DNA of 37,187 bases from Myxococcota bacterium (GTDB taxonomy: Bacteria > Myxococcota_A > UBA796 > GCA-2862545). The notes below the pieces were generated by a model. It made no database searches. It was not told the origin of the DNA and saw only the letters and a list, made by a program, of their open reading frames with translations. This document shows positions 24,196 to 32,646 of the stretch, in pieces. Position numbers and translations under genes: made by a program. Position 1 is the stretch's first letter. Each line of letters starts with the position of its first letter. The DNA lies in the NCBI GenBank assembly GCA_039208735.1, contig JBCCQY010000086.1, positions 1 to 37,187 of the forward strand, in the 5' to 3' direction.

Positions 24196-25025
24196 TCCTG
24201 TGGTTGCTGTTGGGGTGTCGTCCAGAGCCAACGCCGGTTTTGCCGGTTGCGTTGCCCGCGCCGGCCGTGGCCCTCCCCCCTCGACGCATCGGGTACGTCG
24301 GTGTGATCGTTCCGCACCGGACGGTCGTGCTGTCTGCCCACGGGATCGGCGTCGTCGAGCGTTCGGGCTTCGAGGTGGGCGAGCCGGTGATGTCGGGCAC
24401 ATTGGTGGCGACCGTGCGCTCGCCAACCCTTCCCGCTGTGATCGAGGCTGCCAAGGCGGAAGTCGAGGTTGCCATCATCGAGGCCGCAGCGGCGACGCAG
24501 ACGGCAGACGCGTCACACCGACGGGCGGAAGAGGCCGAGTCGTTGCTTCGCCGTGGCGCGATCGCGCAAACCGAGGCGCTTCAGCTTCGGCTCCAGCGTG
24601 ACCGCGATGCGTTGGGGGCGCGGCAAAAGAACGCGGCCGTCGACGTGCGGAAGGCCAAGCTCGACAAGTGGTTCGCGGACCATCAGGCAGGCCGACTCGT
24701 CGCCCCCTTCGACGGCCGGTTGTCGCGATGGTTCGTGGCGAACGGAGAGCGGGTCGAGGCGGGGGAGCCGGTGTTGAGACTCGCTGCGACCGACGAGCTG
24801 AAGGTTCGGTTCGCCGTTCCTGCAGCCCACACAGGGCGCATCGGTGTTTCAGAGAAGGTGGAGGTCGTGCTCGATGATGGAGGAGGAGCACTGGATGCCA
24901 CCGTCGATCACGTCGCGCCCGAGTTGGATCCGAGTTCGCAGATGACGTTTGTGGTGGCTTCTGTCGTCACACAAGGAGACGAGACACTGGCCGGTCGGGC
25001 TTGCCACGTCTTTGTCGGCCACTAG
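24192..25025 (+). CDS. RND-type efflux periplasmic adaptor, lipoprotein
   Basis: ATGA overlap with the ABC gene; MILWLLLGC lipobox; coiled hairpin and LVAPFDG...GERVEAGEPV. Confidence 0.82.
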   Translation: MILWLLLGCRPEPTPVLPVALPAPAVALPPRRIGYVGVIVPHRTVVLSAHGIGVVERSGFEVGEPVMSGTLVATVRSPTLPAVIEAAKAEVEVAIIEAAAATQTADASHRRAEEAESLLRRGAIAQTEALQLRLQRDRDALGARQKNAAVDVRKAKLDKWFADHQAGRLVAPFDGRLSRWFVANGERVEAGEPVLRLAATDELKVRFAVPAAHTGRIGVSEKVEVVLDDGGGALDATVDHVAPELDPSSQMTFVVASVVTQGDETLAGRACHVFVGH

Positions 25026-26486
25026 CTAGGCCGACTGGGTCCGGCGGGACCGTTTCCCTCGATGACGGCTGGCCTTGCAACGAGGGGTCGTCTGCAGGTT
25101 GGCCGAGTCTTGTGCATCGAGCCCGTTGCGAGGGCCATTGGCGAAGTAAGTGCAATGCCGCTGGCGAACGATTTCGGGCTCTTCGAGTTGGGCTGAGGCA
25201 TAGGCCTTGACGTTCACCAGAAGCGTGAAACGACCATGAGATGCTGTTTGGATCAAGCTTCGTTCCACGAGCGTGTGGACGAGTTCGATCGGCCCGTCCA
25301 CGTCCAACACCTGCTCGACGGCAGCGAGGGTAAAGTCACCCTCGAACACCGAGAGCTGCGAAAGCGCCGTTTGCTCACGCGAAGAAAGAAGCGCCCAACT
25401 CCAGTCAAGATTCGCACGCAGGCTTGCATGACGGCCTGCATCGTCGTTGCGTCGCGCAATCAGCATGAACCGGTCTGACATTCGGGGCCACAGCTCGCGC
25501 GGTGGCAAGACCTGGACGCGTCCAGCGGCAAGTTCGATGGCCAGGGGAAGGTGATCGAGCTGCTCGAGGATTTGCGGCAACACGCGTTTGTCTTCCGATG
25601 TGAGGGCGGCATCGGGGCGCTTGGCTTCTGCGAAGGCCTGATACAGAGCCTCTGCATCACCCGCGGACAGTGGCGTGACGACAAAGAGGCGCTCCCCTGG
25701 AATGCCTAGGGTTTCCCTTGATGTCACGAGAATTTGTACCTCGAGAGCGGCGAGCCAGCCGGCCACGAGATGTCCCAGGTCCCGGGCTACCCGTTCAACG
25801 TTGTCGAGAACGAGGAGTTGGGGCCCTCGGCACGCCAAGCTCTCGAGGATGGCATGTTCGGGGTCATCGTGTGTTCTAAGGCCGAGGGACGCGGCAACCG
25901 CATGCAGGATGCCCTGCCGATCCTGGGCCCGGACGAGGTCGCAGAACGTTGTTCGCTCGAAGTGATGGGATTCGAGGGCACGTGTTGCCTCCAACACCAG
26001 ACGTGTCTTACCGACGCCGCCTGGTCCCATTACCGTCACCAGTCGGCTCTCATGGAGTTCGTGCCGAAGGGAGCGCAATTCCTGGTCGCGACCGATGAAC
26101 GGTCGCCAGGTCGCAGGGGGAAACGCGCGGACTGGCGCGTTGGGGGGGCTCGGTGGGGGCACCACGTCATCAGTCGGGACGAAGAGGTAACCTTCGCCGT
26201 GCCGGGTCAACAGGTGAACGGGCGACCCTGGGTCGGCCTCCACTTTCGACCTGAGCCGATGCATGGCTTTGTCGACCGCTCGGGTGCGGGTATTGACGAC
26301 GTAGCCGAAGACCTGCTCTGCGATGTCCCATCGACATACGACCTCGCGCGGCCGCTCGACCAGATAGGCGAGAAGCGAGCGTTCTCGGTCCGAGAGGCAA
26401 CCGCTTGCACCTTGCGTCAATTCGCCAGTGAGGAGATCGACCGTGCAAGTGCTGAGCACAATCCTGCGAGGCGGGTCTGCCCGCAT
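25026..26486 (-). pseudogene. 3'-truncated wHTH-STAND regulator lacking the TPR sensor region
   Basis: wHTH, GPGGVGKT, LVLDNVE and LPLAIELAA are all present, but the ORF is 486 aa versus ~830-870 aa for the paralogs. It degenerates after DSANLQ and abuts the export operon stop. Confidence 0.65.
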
Positions 26487-26544
26487 GGAGCCTCCGGGGT
26501 TCCTCGGCGCTCCCTAGGGTAATCGATGACATCTTCGCATTTGG

Positions 26545-26584
26545 GTCCGGACCTGTCCGGAACTGTTCTTCGGATGTTCCGGAC
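26545..26584. repeat. Short GTCCGGA direct/inverted repeats upstream of a STAND gene
   Basis: GTCCGGACCT-GTCCGGAACT (10-bp period), plus GTTCCGGAC at 26576-84, which is the reverse complement of 26555-63. Confidence 0.5.
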
Positions 26585-26629
26585 GAGTGCCGGCTCGGCA
26601 TCCTCTTTGGGTTGTCCACTGCGCAGGCC

Positions 26630-29251
26630 CTAGCGATCGATGTCGCAGTCGCGACGGGCCTCCTCAAGCCACCGCGCCGTGGTCGGGCTGTTCGACCATC
26701 CCCCCTCGTCGGCGAGCCGAAGTGCGTCCGCGTAGGTCTTTCGTGCGGCATCAACGTGGCCTTGTGCCGCTTCCAGCCGCGCCTCCACGCAGCCGAGGTG
26801 AACGAGCGAATACCGATCGAGAACGCGGTCGGCGAGGGCCGTAGCTTGCTGAATGTCCTGGCGGACCCCTTCATCATCCCCACGTTCGAGGCGCAGGTGT
26901 GCCCGGGTTGTAAGCAGCGGCACCAGCACATCCCTTCGGCCATTCGGGCCCAGCATGGTCATGGCCTCGTTGAGCTGGGCGAGCCCCTCTTCCGAACGGC
27001 CTCGGCGGCCGATGAGCGAGCCGAGCGTCCCCAACGCCATGGCTTCGTCCACCTGGCGCCCAATTCGCCGAGAGAGCACGATCGCCCGCTCCAACGACGC
27101 TTCTGCCCGCTCGAATTCACCAACCAGTTCCTGCATCTGGGCGAGGTTTGGCAGGAAGAACACCTGCTGGACAAGGTTCCCGTGCTCCTCGAACATGTCG
27201 ATGGCTTCGCGACACTCTACAATGGCGGTGGACAGGTCGCCGAGCATCGCCCGTTGGGCGGCCAGGTTCGCAAGCGTGTGAGCCAACCCTTGCGCGTCTC
27301 CGGCACGCCGATTGAGCGCCACGGCTGCCTCGTAGGTCGACACCGACTCCTCGCTTCTCCCAAGCCCTCCGAGCACCCTTCCCAGACCACCAAGGGTGTG
27401 CGCCTCGCCGAGCGCGCTGCCACACGCCCGGTGAACCTCGATGGCGTGTTCGTAGGCGGTCAGGGCTTCAGAACCTCGCGCCATTTCGTACAGGACACTT
27501 CCGGCCGTGCTCAAGGCAATGCCCAGGTTGTGACTCGGACCTAGGGGCTCGAGTGCGTCGATCGCGAAGTGGACATCTTGAAGTGCACCCTCGTAGTCTC
27601 CGGCCGATACCCGACACAGCGACCGATCCGTCCGCCGAGCAGCGATATGAACTGGATTTCCAGCATCCTCCGCGATCCGAAGCGCCTCCGCGATGTGAGT
27701 GTTGACCAAGGCGCGATTGCCGGCGCTTCGTGCGGCCATGGCAAGGCGGCTGACGAGAAACGAACGATCGACTCCCTCCGCATAGGCCAGGCTGCGCTCG
27801 ACGATCGGAGCCCACATGTGGGGGCTGGTGCGTCGCATCACCGCGTGGATGCCTAGCGTTGTGGCCACGACCGTTGGGCCGTCACCCCGGGCTGCGGCGC
27901 GATCACACGCGGCCAGGAGTTCGGGAAGAGCCCGGCGAAGTCGGTGGAACTCGGTAAACGAAGACGACTCTCGAACCCTTCGGCCCTCCTGCGCCCAAAA
28001 CGCACCGTGCTGCGTCTGGCCACGTTGCACCACCTCGGACGGACTGATGTCCTCCAGGTAGTGCCGAACGGTGGTCAACATGGCGAAGCCCGCCTTGTCG
28101 GGAGCCACCTGCAGCCAGGCTTGGTCTACCAAGGCCTGGATCACATCGACCTCGTCTAGATCGTCGTCTAACAACGCTCGGGCCTCAGGAAGGCCAAAGG
28201 GTCCGACCGCCGCGCAGAGCAACCCAAGACTGGTGCGAAGAGGCTCGTCGAGCAACGCCCACGAGGCGTCAAAGCAAGACTGCAAGCTCTGGTGCCGCCC
28301 CCGTCCCACCGGTGAGGGTCGGAGCAGCAGACCCTGCAGCCGCTCAACGAGTGCAGATAGCGGCAAGATGCGCGTCCGCGGTGCGATGAGTTCAATCGCT
28401 AGGGGTAGACCGTCGAGTGCCTCGACCAACCCAGGCAGCTCGCGGTCCTCAGCGTCGACGTGGCCCCGGGAGAGCAGCAGAGCGGTGGCATCCTTGGCGC
28501 CGAGCGGGGGCACCGCCATCACCTGTTCCTGCGGTAGACCGAGCACGCTGCGACTGGTGACCAGCCAACGGACGTTTGGCGCATCGTTCATCCACCGGGA
28601 GAGGACCGGGGCCAGGTCCGCGATGACCTGCTCGACGTTGTCGAGAATGACGACCGAGGGGGGGCGGCCCGCGAGCACCCAGCCGATCTGGGCCACGGCA
28701 TCCCGGTTGGCCGCCTCGATCGACAGCGCCGTCCCAACGGCTTGCACAATATCGGCCAACCTCGTCGCGGCGGACAGATCGACAAGGGTCCCCGAGAGTC
28801 GACGGGCGAGCGCCGTCTTGCCCACTCCGCCGGGCCCCAGCAGGGTCAACAATGCAGGTCCCCCTTGGGTTTGGGTCCAATGCTGCAGGCGACGCAGTTC
28901 GTCGTCACGACCGAAGAGCCCCGTAATGGGTGGAGATTCGTCCGGACCTAGAGGTTGAACTTCGCCAAGGAACCGATAGCCGCGGCGCGGCACGGTCTCG
29001 ACCCATTTTTCGGGGGCGAGGGCCTTGCGCAAACGACGAACCACCTGGGTGAGCGAGGATTCGGTGACGAACGTGTCGGGCCAGAGCGCTTCCGTCAGCT
29101 CCTTTCGGGTGAACAGCCGGCCGGGCTGGGTCACGAACTGTACGAGGAGTTCGTAGGTCAGCGGCTGCATGACAACCGGCTGCCCATCGCGGGTAAGCAG
29201 ACCTCCGCCCTGGTCGAGAAGGAAGGGACCGAAGCGGTGCTGTTTACCCAT
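26630..29251 (-). CDS. CadC-like wHTH - STAND ATPase - TPR regulator
   Basis: RFGPF.LD...LWPDTFVTESSL...VETVPRRGYRF, GPGGVGKT, VILDNVEQ, GLPLAIEL, multiple TPRs. ATG 29251 chosen as start. Confidence 0.85.
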   Translation of the reverse strand: MGKQHRFGPFLLDQGGGLLTRDGQPVVMQPLTYELLVQFVTQPGRLFTRKELTEALWPDTFVTESSLTQVVRRLRKALAPEKWVETVPRRGYRFLGEVQPLGPDESPPITGLFGRDDELRRLQHWTQTQGGPALLTLLGPGGVGKTALARRLSGTLVDLSAATRLADIVQAVGTALSIEAANRDAVAQIGWVLAGRPPSVVILDNVEQVIADLAPVLSRWMNDAPNVRWLVTSRSVLGLPQEQVMAVPPLGAKDATALLLSRGHVDAEDRELPGLVEALDGLPLAIELIAPRTRILPLSALVERLQGLLLRPSPVGRGRHQSLQSCFDASWALLDEPLRTSLGLLCAAVGPFGLPEARALLDDDLDEVDVIQALVDQAWLQVAPDKAGFAMLTTVRHYLEDISPSEVVQRGQTQHGAFWAQEGRRVRESSSFTEFHRLRRALPELLAACDRAAARGDGPTVVATTLGIHAVMRRTSPHMWAPIVERSLAYAEGVDRSFLVSRLAMAARSAGNRALVNTHIAEALRIAEDAGNPVHIAARRTDRSLCRVSAGDYEGALQDVHFAIDALEPLGPSHNLGIALSTAGSVLYEMARGSEALTAYEHAIEVHRACGSALGEAHTLGGLGRVLGGLGRSEESVSTYEAAVALNRRAGDAQGLAHTLANLAAQRAMLGDLSTAIVECREAIDMFEEHGNLVQQVFFLPNLAQMQELVGEFERAEASLERAIVLSRRIGRQVDEAMALGTLGSLIGRRGRSEEGLAQLNEAMTMLGPNGRRDVLVPLLTTRAHLRLERGDDEGVRQDIQQATALADRVLDRYSLVHLGCVEARLEAAQGHVDAARKTYADALRLADEGGWSNSPTTARWLEEARRDCDIDR

Positions 29252-29322
29252 GCGTCTACGTATCCAGACCATTGTCCACGGATGCGGTCCATATCAGGTT
29301 GAATGGTGGCGGCGGTCCCTTT

Positions 29323-30255
29323 TCAATGGCGCAGGAAGTCCAGCACCGTCGACAGATAGATTCGCGCTTGGTCCAGCCATCCGTAGTGACCACATTCGTC
29401 GACAACGACCAATCGTGCATCGGGAAAGCTGGCTGCAGCGCGTTCCGAGATGGAAACCGGAAGGATGTCCTGCCGCCCTTGAACGATCAGGACGGGGCGT
29501 TCAAACTGGGCTAGCGCTGGCTTTGTGTCAAATGCGATGCGATTCAGGTCTGCGGTCACGAGGCGGGCGACCTCGGGATTCGATCGCCGAAGTCGCGCTT
29601 GCACCCAATCGCTTTGGTCGTCGTCGTACACGTAGGCGCGTGCGAGGACCTCGGAGAATCGGTCGCGCAGGGCCTGACTGTTGTCGCCAGCCTCGTGCGC
29701 GGCTTCCAGTCGTTCGATCTCGGCGCGATCGGTGGCGTTGAGTTGCGCTTTGATCGGGACCCGAGGGTCGGTTGAGAACAAGTGCATATCGACGCCTGAC
29801 GACGAGGAAAGGACGAGTGCATCGACCCGATCGGGATGGAGCGCAACGTAGTGGCTGGCCAGCATGCCGCCAAACGAGTGCCCGAGCACGCTCCACGATT
29901 CAAGGCCTAGCGCTCGTCGAATCGCTTCGATGTCGGAGACCATGAGGTCCATCGTCACCGAATGGGTGTCGAGCACATCGAGAGGAGATTTCCCGGTGCC
30001 TCGGCGGTCGAAGAGAATCACTTGGTGGCGCTTCGCAAGCCGGAGCGCGAGGTCTTCGAACCCTCGATGGTCCGAACCGAATCCGCCATGAATGATGAGC
30101 AGTGGTCGCCCCTCTCCGTACACCCAAAACGAAAGTTCAACCTCTCCCGAGGTCGTTCGAAGGGCTTGAGGCGATGAATGTTCCAGCCGACGCTCGATGG
30201 GACACCCCATCAGAAGGAGGAGCAGGGCTGCGGCGATGAGGGAACGATGGCCCAC
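29323..30255 (-). CDS. Alpha/beta hydrolase (proline iminopeptidase-like), lipoprotein
   Basis: IHGGFG, FDRRGTGKS, nucleophile GHSFGG, GRQD, CGHY. GTG 30255 with AAAGGAG RBS and LLLMGC lipobox. Confidence 0.85.
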   Translation of the reverse strand: MGHRSLIAAALLLLLMGCPIERRLEHSSPQALRTTSGEVELSFWVYGEGRPLLIIHGGFGSDHRGFEDLALRLAKRHQVILFDRRGTGKSPLDVLDTHSVTMDLMVSDIEAIRRALGLESWSVLGHSFGGMLASHYVALHPDRVDALVLSSSSGVDMHLFSTDPRVPIKAQLNATDRAEIERLEAAHEAGDNSQALRDRFSEVLARAYVYDDDQSDWVQARLRRSNPEVARLVTADLNRIAFDTKPALAQFERPVLIVQGRQDILPVSISERAAASFPDARLVVVDECGHYGWLDQARIYLSTVLDFLRH

Positions 30256-30322
30256 GTTCCGACTCCTTTGTGGCACGCCAACGGAAAATGTGGCCGGTAT
30301 CTGGTCGTGCGGCTGATGGAGG

Positions 30323-31792
30323 CTAACGGCCGATGAACTGGATGATCGTGGCTTCACGTTGGATCGGTGCCACGAGAACCGGGTCGAGATCCAGGGGGTC
30401 CGCCGTTCGCTGGTCGGCTAGGTACTGACTGGCGACCGCATTCGGAATGACGAACATCCCGAGCGTCCCGGTTCGTGGGTTCGGGCTCATACCGCTTCCA
30501 AAGCGATCGTTTGGGTCGGCATCCAGGTAGTAGACCGTATCGTCGGGACAGCCGGCGCAAAGGACGTCCACGTTTGGCAGGGGCATTGGCGGACGTTCAT
30601 TGGAAACTACGGTGCCAAAGACAAATGCGTCGTTGTCGAGATCGGAAGGGTCTCCCAACGCCGCCGCACTGGCATTCAGATCGTCGAAGAATTCGACAGA
30701 AATCCCCGTCACGTCGACCTGAGGCGGCCGGAGGTCACCGGCGTAGACCGCCGGGATGAGCAGCGTGTTGGAGGGCACACCAAGTACGCCCGAAGGCGCG
30801 GTCGAACAGCCATCGTGGAGCCGAACATGAAGGCCGAGGACCGGAAGCGAAGACGTTCCTCCGACCGCCAACGTTCCCTCCGGACCCACGACGGTCGAGT
30901 TGATGAGGAGTGGATCATCACCGGTGACGAGCGGTGTGGGATCGATCAAATCGACACAGATCCCCTCCGGGATCAGGTCTCCGCTCTCTGCGAATCGTGC
31001 TTGGGCGGTAATGCAAAGGGTGTCCGGCCCAATCACGTCAAACGATACCGCCAGGCTATCCGACGCAGGTGGCTCACCGTCGTCCGTCACCACGAACTCA
31101 AGATCCAGCCTTACGCCCACTCCCTTCGGCGGCGGCGTCCAGGAAAACTGCCCCTCTGGGGTCAGCACTGCACCGAGGGGAAGCGGGTTCTTGGAACTCC
31201 AGGTGAGGTTGTCTCCATCGGGGTCGGTAGCCTCGAGCGTTAGTTCGAGGGGTTCTTCGGCAAATACGCAGGGCAACACGGGCAGTTGCGCAACGGGATC
31301 GCCATTTGGCGGCGGAGGGACGGTAATGACGAACGAGGTCGTGCCCTGCCGCGGAGGGTCCCCATCGTCCAAGACCGAAACGGTTACCTCATGGGTCCCC
31401 ACGTCGTTTTCGTCAGGAGTCCATCGAAACGTACTGCCTTGGACTTCCGCATCGTCGGGTCCCTCTGCGAGTGAGAAGACCAAGAAATCTCCGTCGGGGT
31501 CCGTCGCGAACAACGACGCCTCGAACCGTTGCCCCACCACGACGGTTTCATCGGCAATAGGCACCATCATTGGAGCTCGATTTTCAGTCATGGCAGGAGC
31601 CTGGGATGCACATCCGACCGCTGCCAATGCGGTGATCAGCTTGCAGGAGCGAAGCGACGAAAGCGGACCGCGTGAGCCTGCAGGCGGGTAGCGCCGAAGG
31701 CCAGCGGTGATCAGCAGCAAGCGAAGCTTGCGCGAAATCAGAACCGCAGCAAGCAAAGCTTGCGCAAGTCTGATCATGAGTACCGCACGCAT
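30323..31792 (-). CDS. Surface lipoprotein with two cadherin-like / putative Ig repeats
   Basis: ATDPDGD.L.(F/W)S...G.F.WTP...V.DDG.PP occurs twice; lipobox-like AAVGC. Start uncertain and may lie nearer the lipobox. Confidence 0.7.
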   Translation of the reverse strand: MRAVLMIRLAQALLAAVLISRKLRLLLITAGLRRYPPAGSRGPLSSLRSCKLITALAAVGCASQAPAMTENRAPMMVPIADETVVVGQRFEASLFATDPDGDFLVFSLAEGPDDAEVQGSTFRWTPDENDVGTHEVTVSVLDDGDPPRQGTTSFVITVPPPPNGDPVAQLPVLPCVFAEEPLELTLEATDPDGDNLTWSSKNPLPLGAVLTPEGQFSWTPPPKGVGVRLDLEFVVTDDGEPPASDSLAVSFDVIGPDTLCITAQARFAESGDLIPEGICVDLIDPTPLVTGDDPLLINSTVVGPEGTLAVGGTSSLPVLGLHVRLHDGCSTAPSGVLGVPSNTLLIPAVYAGDLRPPQVDVTGISVEFFDDLNASAAALGDPSDLDNDAFVFGTVVSNERPPMPLPNVDVLCAGCPDDTVYYLDADPNDRFGSGMSPNPRTGTLGMFVIPNAVASQYLADQRTADPLDLDPVLVAPIQREATIIQFIGR

Positions 31793-31851
31793 TCGGGCTC
31801 CGTAGGTTCTTGGGCCATTCAAGTCACCATCGCCGCGGTTCGGTTCGACCG

Positions 31852-32526
31852 TCAACCAAACCCAAGGCAGATCAGACTCAACCCGACCAAGATGACAAAA
31901 ACTACGATGATGGTCGTCGTACCGTCATCGGACGGTTGGGTTTCGAACGGCTCGGCGGAGGGCCGGCGACCTTGGCGTCTCAATACGCTGGCAACAGCCT
32001 CGCGAATGATGGGATCATCGGGTAGCCCACCAATCCCCAGGACCGCGATGGCCTTGGCCACGGGACTGTTCTTGTCTGCCACATGGGCCATCGCCTCCAT
32101 TACCTCGGGGTCCGTTGGGTTCTCCAAGGCTTTGGTCAGCGGATTTAGCGCACCGATCAGGCGATTGGACTTGAGCACTTCTTCCAACGTCGCCTTTCGC
32201 CCCTGCAGCGCGGGCAGGTCGTGCCAACGCGCGACGGTGAAATAGGCCATCTGTTTGAGTCGACCGAGCGAATCAGAAGGGCGCGGCGGCCATAACTGCA
32301 AGGGTCCAAAGCTCGCCGGCCCGATGCCCTTCGGAATGAGATCGATGCCCCCAAACATGTAGGGGCCGAGCCCAATCTGCCAGTTTCCATCTTCACGCCG
32401 AATCAGGACGTTCGTGTGGGCGACCTTGACGAACACGTCGTGCTCCCCGCCAACCAGGTGGACGGCTCGTCCTTCGAGGGCTTGAATCACCTCATCGATG
32501 CGATCCTGCGCAATCTCCACCATCAA
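31852..32526 (-). CDS. Hypothetical protein with C-terminal transmembrane anchor
   Basis: 224-aa ORF co-oriented with its neighbours, ending IIVVFVILVGLSLICLGFG. Confidence 0.55.
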   Translation of the reverse strand: MMVEIAQDRIDEVIQALEGRAVHLVGGEHDVFVKVAHTNVLIRREDGNWQIGLGPYMFGGIDLIPKGIGPASFGPLQLWPPRPSDSLGRLKQMAYFTVARWHDLPALQGRKATLEEVLKSNRLIGALNPLTKALENPTDPEVMEAMAHVADKNSPVAKAIAVLGIGGLPDDPIIREAVASVLRRQGRRPSAEPFETQPSDDGTTTIIVVFVILVGLSLICLGFG

Positions 32527-32646
32527 GCGGTCGCCCTCTTGCTCGACATGGACGACACCTTCGATCCTGACGTACTCCCGGGTCCCCTTTGCCCGAGGCC
32601 GAGCGGGCTCCGGTGCGGCCTCGCCTCTCGCACCATGGCATGGAGC

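Noticed and set aside
29323..30255. Alpha/beta hydrolase as the RiPP leader peptidase
   Set aside because: It is more than 4 kb from the cluster beyond two regulator genes, and the C39 domain already explains GG cleavage.
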